From the NCBI GenBank assembly GCA_964016885.1, contig OZ024740.1, positions 38,192,001 through 38,256,000 of the forward strand: a stretch of DNA of 64,000 bases. Direction: 5' to 3'. Made by a program: the position numbers and the translations under genes. Below are positions 1-13,327 of this stretch, in pieces (within the stretch, counting starts at the first letter, position 1; each line of letters opens with the position of its first letter). This DNA comes from Eledone cirrhosa (lineage: Eukaryota). Below the pieces are notes generated by a model. It saw only the letters and a program-made list of their open reading frames with translations, searched no databases and was not told the DNA's origin.

Positions 1-3000
1 ACATGTTTGAAATGGTCACATGTATCTATAGTTGATGTCTAAAGAAATTAAGTTTCTACATGTTTGAAATGGTCATATGTATCTGTAGTTAATGTGTTGA
101 GAAATGAAGTTTCTACATGTTTGAAATGGTCACATGTATCTATAGTTGATGTCTAAAGAAATGAAGTTTCTACATGTTTGAAATGGTCACATGTATCTGT
201 AGTTAATGTGTTGAGAAATGAAGTTTCTACATGTTTGAAATGGTCACATGTATCTTTAGTTAATGTATTGAGAAATGAAGTTTCTACATGTTTGAAATGG
301 TCACATGTATCTATAGTTAATGTGTTGAGAAATGAAGTTTCTACATGTTTGAAATGGTCACATGTATCTGTAGTTAATGTGTTGAGAAATGAAGTTTCTA
401 CATGTTTGAAATGGTCACACGTATCTATAGGTGATGTCTAAAGAAATGAAGTTTCTACATGTTTGAAATGGTCACATGTATCTATAGTTAATGTGTTGAG
501 AAATGAAGTTTCTACATGTTTGAAATGGTCACATGTATCTGTAGTTAATGTGTTGAGATATGAAGTTTCTACATGTTTGAAATGGTCACATGTATCTATA
601 GTTAATGTGTTGAGATATGAAGTTTCTACATGTTTGAAATGGTCACATGTATCTATAGTTAATGTGTTGAGAAATGAAGTTTCTACATGTTTGAAATGGT
701 CACATGTATCTATAGTTAATGTGTTGAGAAATGAAGTTTCTACATGTTTGAAATGGTCACATGTATCTATAGTTAATGTGTTGAGAAATGAAGTTTCTAC
801 ATGTTTGAAATAGTCACATGTATCTGTAGTTAATGTGTTGAGAAATGAAGTTTCTACATGTTTGAAATGGTCACATGTATCTATAGTTGATGTCTAAAGA
901 AATGAAGTTTCTACATGTTTGAAATGGTCACATGTATCTATAGTTAATGTATTGAGAAATGAAGTTTCTACATGTTTGAAATGGTCACATGTATCTATAG
1001 TTAATGTGTTGAGAAATGAAGTTTCTACATGTTTGAAATGGTCACATGTATCTGTAGTTAATGTGTTGAGAAATGAAGTTTCTACATGTTTGAAATGGTC
1101 ACATGTATCTATAGTTAATGTGTTGAGAAATGAAGTTTCTACATGTTTGAAATGGTCACATGTATCTGTAGTTAATGTGTTGAGAAATGAAGTTTCTACA
1201 TGTTTGAAATGGTCACATGTATCTATAGTTAATGTGTTGAGAAATGAAGTTTCTACATGTTTGAAATGGTCACATGTATCTATAGTTAATGTGTTGAGAA
1301 ATGAAGTTTCTACATGTTTGAAATGGTCACATGTATCTATAGTTAATGTGTTGAGAAATGAAGTTTCTACATGTTTGAAATGGTCACATGTATCTATAGT
1401 TGATGTCTAAAGAAATGAAGTTTCTACATGTTTGAAATGGTCACATGTATCTATAGTTAATGTATTGAGAAATGAAGTTTCTACATGTTTGAAATGGCCC
1501 CATGTATCTATAGTTAATGTGTTGAGAAATGAAGTTTCTACATGTTTGAAATGGCCACATGTATCTGTAGTTAATGTGTTGAGAAATGAAGTTTCTACAT
1601 GTTTGAAATGGTCACATGTATCTATAGTTGATGTCTAAAGAAATGAAGTTTCTACATGTTTGAAATGGTCACATGTATCTATAGTTAATGTATTGAGAAA
1701 TGAAGTTTCTACATGTTTGAAATGGTCACATGTATCTGTAGTTAATGTATTGAGAAATGAAGTTTCTACATGTTTGAAATGGTCACATGTATCTATAGTT
1801 AATGTGTTGAGAAATGAAGTTTCTACATGTTTGAAATGGTCACATGTATCTATAGTTAATGTGTTGAGAAATGAAGTTTCTACATGTTTGAAATGGTCAC
1901 ATGTATCTGTAGTTAATGTGTTGAGATATGAAGTTTCTACATGTTTGAAATGGTCACATGTATCTATAGTTAATGTGTTGAGATATGAAGTTTCTACATG
2001 TTTGAAATTGTCACATGTATCTATAGTTAATGTGTTGAGAAATGAAGTTTCTACATGTTTGAAATGGCCACATGTATCTATAGTTAATGTGTTGAGAAAT
2101 GAAGTTTCTACATGTTTGAAATGGTCACATGTATCTATAGTTAATGTGTTGAGAAATGAAGTTTCTACATGTTTGAAATAGTCACATGTATCTGTAGTTA
2201 ATGTGTTGAGAAATGAAGTTTCTACATGTTTGAAATGGTCACATGTATCTATAGTTGATGTCTAAAGAAATGAAGTTTCTACATGTTTGAAATGGTCACA
2301 TGTATCTATAGTTAATGTATTGAGAAATGAAGTTTCTACATGTTTGAAATGGTCACATGTATCTATAGTTAATGTGTTGAGAAGTGAAGTTTCTACATGT
2401 TTGAAATGGTCACATGTATCTGTAGTTAATGTGTTGAGAAATGAAGTTTCTACATGTTTGAAATGGTCACATGTATCTGTAGTTAATGTGTTGAGAAATG
2501 AAGTTTCTACATGTTTGAAATGGTCACATGTATCTGTAGTTAATGTATTGAGAAATGAAGTTTCTACATGTTTGAAATTGTCACATGTATCTGTAGTTAA
2601 TGTGTTGAGAAATGAAGTTTCTACATGTTTGAAATTGTCACATGTATCTATAGTTAATGTGTTGAGAAATGAAGTTTCTACATGTTTGAAATAGTCACAT
2701 GTATCTATAGTTAATGTGTTGAGAAATGAAGTTTCTACATGTTTGAAATGGTCACATGTATCTATAGTTAATGTGTTGAGAAATGAAGTTTCTACATGTT
2801 TGAAATGGTCACATGTATCTATAGTTAATGTGTTGAGAAATGAAGTTTCTACATGTTTGAAATGGTCACATGTATCTATAGTTAATGTGTTGAGAAATGA
2901 AGTTTCTACATGTTTGAAATGGTCACATGTATCTGTAGTTAATGTGTTGAGAAATGAAGTTTCTACATGTTTGAAATTGTCACATGTATCTATAGTTAAT

Positions 3001-6000
3001 GTGTTGAGAAATGAAGTTTCTACATGTTTGAAATGGCCACATGTATCTATAGTTAATGTGTTGAGAAATGAAGTTTCTACATGTTTGAAATGGTCACATG
3101 TATCTATAGTTGATGTCTAAAGAAATTAAGTTTCTACATGTTTGAAATGGTCATATGTATCTGTAGTTAATGTGTTGAGAAATGAAGTTTCTACATGTTT
3201 GAAATGGTCACATGTATCTATAGTTGATGTCTAAAGAAATGAAGTTTCTACATGTTTGAAATGGTCACATGTATCTGTAGTTAATGTGTTGAGAAATGAA
3301 GTTTCTACATGTTTGAAATGGTCACATGTATCTTTAGTTAATGTATTGAGAAATGAAGTTTCTACATGTTTGAAATGGTCACATGTATCTATAGTTAATG
3401 TGTTGAGAAATGAAGTTTCTACATGTTTGAAATGGTCACATGTATCTGTAGTTAATGTGTTGAGAAATGAAGTTTCTACATGTTTGAAATGGTCACACGT
3501 ATCTATAGTTGATGTCTAAAGAAATGAAGTTTCTACATGTTTGAAATGGTCACATGTATCTATAGTTAATGTGTTGAGAAATGAAGTTTCTACATGTTTG
3601 AAATGGTCACATGTATCTGTAGTTAATGTGTTGAGATATGAAGTTTCTACATGTTTGAAATGGTCACATGTATCTATAGTTAATGTGTTGAGATATGAAG
3701 TTTCTACATGTTTGAAATGGTCACATGTATCTATAGTTAATGTGTTGAGAAATGAAGTTTCTACATGTTTGAAATGGTCACATGTATCTATAGTTAATGT
3801 GTTGAGAAATGAAGTTTCTACATGTTTGAAATGGTCACATGTATCTATAGTTAATGTGTTGAGAAATGAAGTTTCTACATGTTTGAAATAGTCACATGTA
3901 TCTGTAGTTAATGTGTTGAGAAATGAAGTTTCTACATGTTTGAAATGGTCACATGTATCTATAGTTGATGTCTAAAGAAATGAAGTTTCTACATGTTTGA
4001 AATGGTCACATGTATCTATAGTTAATGTATTGAGAAATGAAGTTTCTACATGTTTGAAATGGTCACATGTATCTATAGTTAATGTGTTGAGAAATGAAGT
4101 TTCTACATGTTTGAAATGGCCACATGTATCTGTAGTTAATGTGTTGAGAAATGAAGTTTCTACATGTTTGAAATGGTCACATGTATCTGTAGTTAATGTG
4201 TTGAGAAATGAAGTTTCTACATGTTTGAAATGGTCACATGTATCTGTAGTTAATGTATTGAGAAATGAAGTTTCTACATGTTTGAAATTGTCACATGTAT
4301 CTGTAGTTAATGTGTTGAGAAATGAAGTTTCTACATGTTTGAAATTGTCACATGTATCTATAGTTAATGTGTTGAGAAATGAAGTTTCTACATGTTTGAA
4401 ATGGTCACATGTATCTATAGTTAATGTGTTGAGAAATGAAGTTTCTACATGTTTGAAATGGTCACATGTATCTATAGTTAATGTGTTGAGAAATGAAGTT
4501 TCTACATGTTTGAAATAGTCACATGTATCTGTAGTTAATGTGTTGAGAAATGAAGTTTCTACATGTTTGAAATGGTCACATGTATCTATAGTTGATGTCT
4601 AAAGAAATGAAGTTTCTACATGTTTGAAATGGTCACATGTATCTATAGTTAATGTATTGAGAAATGAAGTTTCTACATGTTTGAAATGGTCACATGTATC
4701 TATAGTTAATGTGTTGAGAAATGAAGTTTCTACATGTTTGAAATGGTCACATGTATCTGTAGTTAATGTGTTGAGAAATGAAGTTTCTACATGTTTGAAA
4801 TGGTCACATGTATCTGTAGTTAATGTGTTGAGAAATGAAGTTTCTACATGTTTGAAATGGTCACATGTATCTGTAGTTAATGTATTGAGAAATGAAGTTT
4901 CTACATGTTTGAAATTGTCACATGTATCTGTAGTTAATGTGTTGAGAAATGAAGTTTCTACATGTTTGAAATTGTCACATGTATCTATAGTTAATGTGTT
5001 GAGAAATGAAGTTTCTACATGTTTGAAATAGTCACATGTATCTATAGTTAATGTGTTGAGAAATGAAGTTTCTACATGTTTGAAATGGTCACATGTATCT
5101 ATAGTTAATGTGTTGAGAAATGAAGTTTCTACATGTTTGAAATAGTCACATGTATCTATAGTTAATGTGTTGAGAAATGAAGTTTCTACATGTTTGAAAT
5201 GGTCACATGTATCTATAGTTAATGTGTTGAGAAATGAAGTTTCTACATGTTTGAAATGGTCACATGTATCTGTAGTTAATGTGTTGAGAAATGAAGTTTC
5301 TACATGTTTGAAATTGTCACATGTATCTATAGTTAATGTGTTGAGAAATGAAGTTTCTACATGTTTGAAATGGCCACATGTATCTATAGTTAATGTGTTG
5401 AGAAATGAAGTTTCTACATGTTTGAAATGGTCACATGTATCTATAGTTGATGTCTAAAGAAATTAAGTTTCTACATGTTTGAAATGGTCATATGTATCTG
5501 TAGTTAATGTGTTGAGAAATGAAGTTTCTACATGTTTGAAATGGTCACATGTATCTATAGTTGATGTCTAAAGAAATGAAGTTTCTACATGTTTGAAATG
5601 GTCACATGTATCTGTAGTTAATGTGTTGAGAAATGAAGTTTCTACATGTTTGAAATGGTCACATGTATCTTTAGTTAATGTATTGAGAAATGAAGTTTCT
5701 ACATGTTTGAAATGGTCACATGTATCTATAGTTAATGTGTTGAGAAATGAAGTTTCTACATGTTTGAAATGGTCACATGTATCTGTAGTTAATGTGTTGA
5801 GAAATGAAGTTTCTACATGTTTGAAATGGTCACACGTATCTATAGTTGATGTCTAAAGAAATGAAGTTTCTACATGTTTGAAATGGTCACATGTATCTAT
5901 AGTTAATGTGTTGAGAAATGAAGTTTCTACATGTTTGAAATGGTCACATGTATCTGTAGTTAATGTGTTGAGATATGAAGTTTCTACATGTTTGAAATGG

Positions 6001-9000
6001 TCACATGTATCTATAGTTAATGTGTTGAGATATGAAGTTTCTACATGTTTGAAATGGTCACATGTATCTATAGTTAATGTGTTGAGAAATGAAGTTTCTA
6101 CATGTTTGAAATGGTCACATGTATCTATAGTTAATGTGTTGAGAAATGAAGTTTCTACATGTTTGAAATGGTCACATGTATCTATAGTTAATGTGTTGAG
6201 AAATGAAGTTTCTACATGTTTGAAATAGTCACATGTATCTGTAGTTAATGTGTTGAGAAATGAAGTTTCTACATGTTTGAAATGGTCACATGTATCTATA
6301 GTTGATGTCTAAAGAAATGAAGTTTCTACATGTTTGAAATGGTCACATGTATCTATAGTTAATGTATTGAGAAATGAAGTTTCTACATGTTTGAAATGGT
6401 CACATGTATCTATAGTTAATGTGTTGAGAAATGAAGTTTCTACATGTTTGAAATGGTCACATGTATCTGTAGTTAATGTGTTGAGAAATGAAGTTTCTAC
6501 ATGTTTGAAATGGTCACATGTATCTGTAGTTAATGTGTTGAGAAATGAAGTTTCTACATGTTTGAAATGGTCACATGTATCTGTAGTTAATGTATTGAGA
6601 AATGAAGTTTCTACATGTTTGAAATTGTCACATGTATCTGTAGTTAATGTGTTGAGAAATGAAGTTTCTACATGTTTGAAATTGTCACATGTATCTATAG
6701 TTAATGTGTTGAGAAATGAAGTTTCTACATGTTTGAAATGGTCACATGTATCTATAGTTAATGTGTTGAGAAATGAAGTTTCTACATGTTTGAAATGGTC
6801 ACATGTATCTATAGTTAATGTGTTGAGAAATGAAGTTTCTACATGTTTGAAATGGTCACATGTATCTATAGTTAATGTGTTGAGAAATGAAGTTTCTACA
6901 TGTTTGAAATGGTCACATGTATCTATAGTTAATGTGTTGAGAAATGAAGTTTCTACATGTTTGAAATGGTCACATGTATCTGTAGTTAATGTGTTGAGAA
7001 ATGAAGTTTCTACATGTTTGAAATTGTCACATGTATCTATAGTTAATGTGTTGAGAAATGAAGTTTCTACATGTTTGAAATGGCCACATGTATCTATAGT
7101 TAATGTGTTGAGAAATGAAGTTTCTACATGTTTGAAATGGTCACATGTATCTGTAGTTAATGTGTTGAGAAATGAAGTTTCTACATGTTTGAAATGGTCA
7201 CATGTATCTATAGTTAATGTATTGAGAAATGAAGTTTCTACATGTTTGAAATGGTCACATGTATCTATAGTTAATGTGTTGAGAAATGAAGTTTCTACAT
7301 GTTTGAAATGGTCACATGTATCTATAGTTAATGTGTTGAGAAATGAAGTTTCTACATGTTTGAAATGGTCACATGTATCTATAGTTAATGTGTTGAGAAA
7401 TGAAGTTTCTACATGTTTGAAATGGTCACATGTATCTATAGTTAATGTGTTGAGAAATGAAGTTTCTACATGTTTGAAATGGCCACATGTATCTATAGTT
7501 AATGTGTTGAGAAATGAAGTTTCTACATGTTTGAAATGGCCACATGTATCTGTAGTTAATGTGTTGAGAAATGAAGTTTCTACATGTTTGAAATGGTCAC
7601 ATGTATCTATAGTTGATGTCTAAAGAAATGAAGTTTCTACATGTTTGAAATGGTCACATGTATCTATAGTTAATGTATTGAGAAATGAAGTTTCTACATG
7701 TTTGAAATGGTCACATGTATCTGTAGTTAATGTATTGAGAAATGAAGTTTCTACATGTTTGAAATGGTCACATGTATCTATAGTTAATGTGTTGAGAAAT
7801 GAAGTTTCTACATGTTTGAAATGGTCACATGTATCTATAGTTAATGTGTTGAGAAATGAAGTTTCTACATGTTTGAAATGGTCACATGTATCTGTAGTTA
7901 ATGTGTTGAGAAATGAAGTTTCTACATGTTTGAAATGGTCACATGTATCTATAGTTAATGTGTTGAGAAATGAAGTTTCTACATGTTTGAAATGGTCACA
8001 TGTATCTATAGTTAATGTGTTGAGAAATGAAGTTTCTACATGTTTGAAATGGTCACATGTATCTATAGTTAATGTGTTGAGAAATGAAGTTTCTACATGT
8101 TTGAAATGGTCACATGTATCTATAGTTGATGTCTAAAGAAATGAAGTTTCTACATGTTTGAAATGGTCACATGTATCTATAGTTAATGTATTGAGAAATG
8201 AAGTTTCTACATGTTTGAAATGGCCACATGTATCTATAGTTAATGTGTTGAGAAATGAAGTTTCTACATGTTTGAAATGGCCACATGTATCTGTAGTTAA
8301 TGTGTTGAGAAATGAAGTTTCTACATGTTTGAAATGGTCACATGTATCTATAGTTGATGTCTAAAGAAATGAAGTTTCTACATGTTTGAAATGGTCACAT
8401 GTATCTATAGTTAATGTATTGAGAAATGAAGTTTCTACATGTTTGAAATGGTCACATGTATCTGTAGTTAATGTATTGAGAAATGAAGTTTCTACATGTT
8501 TGAAATGGTCACATGTATCTATAGTTAATGTGTTGAGAAATGAAGTTTCTACATGTTTGAAATGGTCACATGTATCTATAATTAATGTGTTGAGAAATGA
8601 AGTTTCTACATGTTTGAAATGGTCACATGTATCTGTAGTTAATGTGTTGAGATATGAAGTTTCTACATGTTTGAAATGGTCACATGTATCTATAGTTAAT
8701 GTGTTGAGATATGAAGTTTCTACATGTTTGAAATGGTCACATGTATCTATAGTTAATGTGTTGAGAAATGAAGTTTCTACATGTTTGAAATGGTCACATG
8801 TATCTATAGTTAATGTGTTGAGAAATGAAGTTTCTACATGTTTGAAATGGTCACATGTATCTATAGTTAATGTGTTGAGAAATGAAGTTTCTACATGTTT
8901 GAAATAGTCACATGTATCTGTAGTTAATATGTTGAGAAATGAAGTTTCTACATGTTTGAAATGGTCACATGTATCTATAGTTGATGTCTAAAGAAATGAA

Positions 9001-10845
9001 GTTTCTACATGTTTGAAATGGTCACATGTATCTATAGTTAATGTATTGAGAAATGAAGTTTCTACATGTTTGAAATGGTCACATGTATCTATAGTTAATG
9101 TGTTGAGAAATGAAGTTTCTACATGTTTGAAATGGTCACATGTATCTGTAGTTAATGTGTTGAGAAATGAAGTTTCTACATGTTTGAAATGGTCACATGT
9201 ATCTGTAGTTAATGTGTTGAGAAATGAAGTTTCTACATGTTTGAAATGGTCACATGTATCTGTAGTTAATGTATTGAAAAATGAAGTTTCTACATGTTTG
9301 AAATTGTCACATGTATCTGTAGTTAATGTGTTGAGAAATGAAGTTTCTACATGTTTGAAATTGTCACATGTATCTATAGTTAATGTGTTGAGAAATGAAG
9401 TTTCTACATGTTTGAAATGGTCACATGTATCTATAGTTAATGTGTTGAGAAATGAAGTTTCTACATGTTTGAAATGGTCACATGTATCTATAGTTAATGT
9501 GTTGAGAAATGAAGTTTCTACATGTTTGAAATGGTCACATGTATCTATAGTTAATGTGTTGAGAAATGAAGTTTCTACATGTTTGAAATGGTCACATGTA
9601 TCTATAGTTAATGTGTTGAGAAATGAAGTTTCTACATGTTTGAAATGGTCACATGTATCTATAGTTAATGTGTTGAGAAATGAAGTTTCTACATGTTTGA
9701 AATGGTCACATGTATCTGTAGTTAATGTGTTGAGAAATGAAGTTTCTACATGTTTGAAATGGTCACATGTATCTGTAGTTAATGTGTTGAGAAATGAAGT
9801 TTCTACATGTTTGAAATGGTCACATGTATCTGTAGTTAATGTATTGAAAAATGAAGTTTCTACATGTTTGAAATTGTCACATGTATCTGTAGTTAATGTG
9901 TTGAGAAATGAAGTTTCTACATGTTTGAAATTGTCACATGTATCTATAGTTAATGTGTTGAGAAATGAAGTTTCTACATGTTTGAAATGGTCACATGTAT
10001 CTATAGTTAATGTGTTGAGAAATGAAGTTTCTACATGTTTGAAATGGTCACATGTATCTATAGTTAATGTGTTGAGAAATGAAGTTTCTACATGTTTGAA
10101 ATGGTCACATGTATCTATAGTTAATGTGTTGAGAAATGAAGTTTCTACATGTTTGAAATGGTCACATGTATCTATAGTTAATGTGTTGAGAAATGAAGTT
10201 TCTACATGTTTGAAATGGTCACATGTATCTGTAGTTAATGTGTTGAGAAATGAAGTTTCTACATGTTTGAAATTGTCACATGTATCTATAGTTAATGTGT
10301 TGAGAAATGAAGTTTCTACATGTTTGAAATGGCCACATGTATCTATAGTTAATGTGTTGAGAAATGAAGTTTCTACATGTTTGAAATGGTCACATGTATC
10401 TATAGTTGATGTCTAAAGAAATGAAGTTTCTACATGTTTGAAATGGTCACATGTATCTGTAGTTAATGTGTTGAGAAATGAAGTTTCTACATGTTTGAAA
10501 TGGTCACATGTATCTATAGTTGATGTCTAAAGAAATGAAGTTTCTACATGTTTGAAATGGTCACATGTATCTGTAGTTAATGTGTTGAGAAATGAAGTTT
10601 CTACATGTTTGAAATGGTCACATGTATCTTTAGTTAATGTATTGAGAAATGAAGTTTCTACATGTTTGAAATTGTCACATGTATCTATAGTTAATGTGTT
10701 GAGAAATGAAGTTTCTACATGTTTGAAATGGTCACATGTATCTGTAGTTAATGTGTTGAGAAATGAAGTTTCTACATGTTTGAAATAAGTAAATATATCT
10801 GTAGTTAATGTGTAGAGAAATAATGTTTCTATATGTTTCAAATGG
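1..10845. repeat. 57-bp satellite array (~190 monomers, truncated by the left edge); consensus ACATGTTTGAAATGGTCACATGTATCT(A/G)TAGTTAATGTGTTGAGAAATGAAGTTTCT
   Basis: Head-to-tail 57-bp period read directly. The + strand repeat ORFs stay in one frame from 178 to 10788, so there is no net indel. The final monomer (~10785-10845) is degenerate. Confidence 0.98.
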
Positions 10846-10924
10846 TTGGTTGTTAGCTGATCTACTGCACTACTAACAGTTCTGAGTTAGACATATGTCG
10901 GAAGGATATGGACAGACGATTTGC

Positions 10925-10986
10925 CTAACCCATGCTAGAATGGAAAAGAGATGTTAAATGAGGATAATGATGATGATGGTGATGGT
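10925..10986 (+). mobile_element. Isolated 3' tail fragment of an RTE-type LINE or RTE-tailed SINE
   Basis: CTAACCCATGCTAGAATGGAAAAGAGATGTTAAATG followed by a (GAT)n-like run. Closely resembles the 3' end of the LINE at ~12294-12340. Confidence 0.65.
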
Positions 10987-11094
10987 GGACAAGTAATAAC
11001 TATATTGTTATAGTTTCCAGTTCTGTTTATATGTATGATAAATAGTCAGAAGAGCTTCACTTCTTCGTGCTATTTTTACAATCATTATACGGAT

Positions 11095-11270
11095 TGGCAG
11101 TATCGGTAGAGGGTCGGACGCCATGCTTTCCAGCATAGAGTTACGGCCCTTGCCATTCTGAGTTCAAATCCCTCCGAGGTTAACTTTGCCTTTCATCCTT
11201 ACGGGGTCGATAAAATAAAGTACCAGTAATACACTGGGTAATTGCTGGCCTTGTGCCAAAAGTAGAAACA
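11095..11270 (+). mobile_element. tRNA-derived SINE (called family A here), with probable 11-bp target-site duplication
   Basis: A-box-like TGGCAGTATCGGT at the start and B-box GAGTTCAAATCC at 11160. Body CTTTGCCTTTCATCCTTACGGGGTCGATAAAATAAAGTACCAG. Three homologous copies lie on the minus strand at 15267-15940. Flanked by ATTATACGGAT (11084-11094) and ATTATATGGAT (11271-11281). Confidence 0.8.
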
Positions 11271-11282
11271 ATTATATGGATA

Positions 11283-11636
11283 CCGCTTGGCTGAATGGTT
11301 AAAAAGGTTACTTCACACAGTCATTAGGACCCAGGTTCAATCCCACTATGTGGCCTCGAGAGTAAGTATTATTTACCATAGCCTTGAGTTACCTGAGCCT
11401 TGTGAGTGAAACTGGGTAGACAGAAACTGTTTGTAAGGCTGCCAGATTGACTGTATCTGTAATTTAAAGGCCAGCTTTTCAAATATTTTGTCATGCTGAA
11501 TCATCATGAAAATTACGTTAAGGGGGTATGTGTCTGTGGAATGCTCAGCCACTTGCATGTTCATTTCTCAAGCAGGGTGTGTTGTGGTTTGAACACTTGT
11601 CATCAGAAATGATGGCAGTCCAACAACCACAACAAT
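11283..11636 (+). mobile_element. tRNA-derived SINE (family B) with CAA-rich tail
   Basis: A-box TGGCTGAATGG (11288-11298) and B-box GGTTCAATCCC (11334-11344). Body GCCTTGTGAGTG...GGTAGACAGAAACTG; ends in CAACAACCACAACAA. The family resemblance is from memory and the boundaries are approximate. Confidence 0.65.
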
Positions 11637-11782
11637 CAAATATTTTGTACCCTTTTATTAGGCTCAATATAAGTCCTACTTAATTCTCTTTTATCATGTA
11701 TTTTAGTCAGTGGATGAAATATTAAAAAATATATATAATATATAGTATATAGTCTATAGTAAATGATGTTTAACTATATAAT

Positions 11783-12340
11783 GATGGAAGTTATGGAGTA
11801 GGTAGAGCCAGAAAAACCTGGGACGATCTGATAAATTCCGACCTTACACACTTACACCTCTCTAAGACAATGTCACTGGACCGAGATCTTTGGCACCACG
11901 CAGTAATACAGAAGACCCGCCTTGCCTATGTACAAAGTGAAATCTACAGTCAGTAGGCCCCTCTTAACCAAATATACACCCCAATCCACTACCCCCACAC
12001 GATCCTCCCACTTCCACCAACACCACCCTCTCTCTGTAAAGTTGATACCACAACATCCAGTCTAAATAAATTAGAAAATGAGATCGAGATCGTGTAGGTG
12101 TCACGACAAAAAAACACACAGTCCACGCTGTAATGTGGCCGTATAGGTAACACGGTAAAAAGTTTCCAGTCCACACTGTAAATGTGGTTGGTGTTAGGAA
12201 GGGCATCCAGCCGTAGAAAACCTGCCCGATAGTCCTATATGAGCGAGACACAGTCACCCGACCAACCTTGCCTCAAATTGGGACAACTCCCGTCTAACCC
12301 ATGCTAGTGTGGAAGATAGACGTTAAACGATGATGATGAT
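11783..12340 (+). mobile_element. 5'-truncated RTE-clade non-LTR retrotransposon (ORF C-terminus, 3' UTR and (GAT)n tail)
   Basis: 11783-11956 translates without interruption as DGSYGVGRARKTWDDLINSDLTHLHLSKTMSLDRDLWHHAVIQKTRLAYVQSEIYSQ*, matching the GRPxKTW...DRxxW C-terminal motif of RTE-clade ORFs. The UTR contains GGTTGGTGTTAGGAAGGGCATCCAGCCGTAGAAA and ends CTAACCCATGCTAGTGTGGAAGATAGACGTTAAACGATGATGATGAT. Confidence 0.8.
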
Positions 12341-12418
12341 GTATATAGTAAATAAGCAGATAGTAAATATGTATATAGTAAATAAGTAGATAGTAAATAT
12401 GTATATAGTAAATAAGCA
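12341..12418. repeat. 30-bp minisatellite, ~2.6 copies (GTATATAGTAAATAAG(C/T)AGATAGTAAATAT)
   Basis: Direct tandem copies at 12341, 12371 and 12401, immediately after the LINE tail. Confidence 0.9.
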
Positions 12419-12541
12419 TTTTAATTCTTTCACAATTCGTAAATTTCACTTCCTGACCTGTTTTATACAATTTAATAAGAAAGAGTTAGTTTTTAGCCCT
12501 GAGTCAATCTGATTCTAACCATGATCATCTGATCTTTTTGG

Positions 12542-12840
12542 GGGATCTAAACCTACATTATCTAATGTGTCTTTTACTTTTAAAGATATATAATACTGCA
12601 TTATCTAATGTATCCTTTACTTTTAATGGTATCTAGGACTATATTATCTAATGTATCCTTTACTTTTAATGGTATCTAGGACTATATTATCTAATGTATC
12701 CTTTACTTTTAATGGTATCTAGGGCTATATTATCTAATGTATCCTTTACTTTTAATGGTATCTAGGACTATATTATCTAATGTGTACTTTACTTTTAATG
12801 GTATCTAGGACTATATTATCTGTGTCCTTTACTTTTTAAG
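12542..12840. repeat. 43-bp minisatellite, ~7 copies (GGTATCTAGGACTATATTATCTAATGTATCCTTTACTTTTAAT)
   Basis: Near-identical copies start at 12628, 12671, 12714, 12757 and 12800. Two diverged copies lie to their left. Confidence 0.92.
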
Positions 12841-13029
12841 ATGTTATCATGTGATTTGAAAGAAATCTGACTTCTATTTTTAACAGAATGAGCAATCCTG
12901 TCAAGTTTCTTTCAAGAACTTGAAATTAAAGATTGATTTAAACAAGATAGAAACTGAACTGTAAGACGATGAAGATGTTAGTGTAAAGTATCAGGTTTGT
13001 GTCTTGTCCCTGAGGTACTTCAATTGTAC

Positions 13030-13132
13030 AGGTAACTGAAGTGTTTTTCTCAAGAACATATTGCACTGCCCAGTCCAATATTAGAACCCATAACCTTATG
13101 ATTGTGAGTCGAACACCCTAACCACTAGGCTT
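13030..13132 (-). mobile_element. Degraded tRNA-derived SINE head (family C)
   Basis: Reverse complement reads GCCTAGTGGTTAGGGTGTTCGACTCACAATC...TGTTCTTGAGAAAAACACTTCA, homologous to the head of the element at 14891-15176. Confidence 0.65.
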
Positions 13133-13327
13133 CATCTGATCATAACTGAAAACAATAAGGTTCAATCAAACCCAAATTGCTTGAGCCATTAGGAAATCAA
13201 TAATTCAGGAAATGATGCCTACATAATTGATGATCTATTTGATTGATTGATTGTAATTCAAGATTAATTATTCATTCATTAAAACTCAACAAAAAATAAA
13301 AATAACAAATTCAACTAGATTGCTAAC

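Noticed and set aside
104-135. Transcription-factor motifs in satellite monomers (nGAAnnTTCn and CACATG in the 57-mer; CAGCTG/CAGTTG and TGACTAA in the 73-mer)
   Set aside because: Short motifs are expected by chance. The heat-shock element has only two pentamers, and several propagated variants destroy the E-boxes.
178-10841. Long ORFs of a 19-aa repeat (KWSHVSIVNVLRNEVSTCL), up to 467 aa, plus a minus-strand equivalent
   Set aside because: The 57-bp period is a multiple of 3, so one stop-free frame repeats automatically. Starts are TTG/GTG, stop-creating variants (TAA, TAG) are freely propagated, and there is no synonymous bias or known domain.
11283-11350. tRNA-like A/B boxes (also at 13080-13130 and 15110-15170)
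   Set aside because: No intact cloverleaf was seen, and each continues into a SINE body.
11373-11564. 63-aa minus-strand ORF
   Set aside because: It lies within SINE family B and has no recognisable motif.
11964-12257. Minus-strand ORFs of 97 and 61 aa
   Set aside because: They are antisense to the RTE LINE 3' UTR and are typical spurious repeat-derived ORFs.
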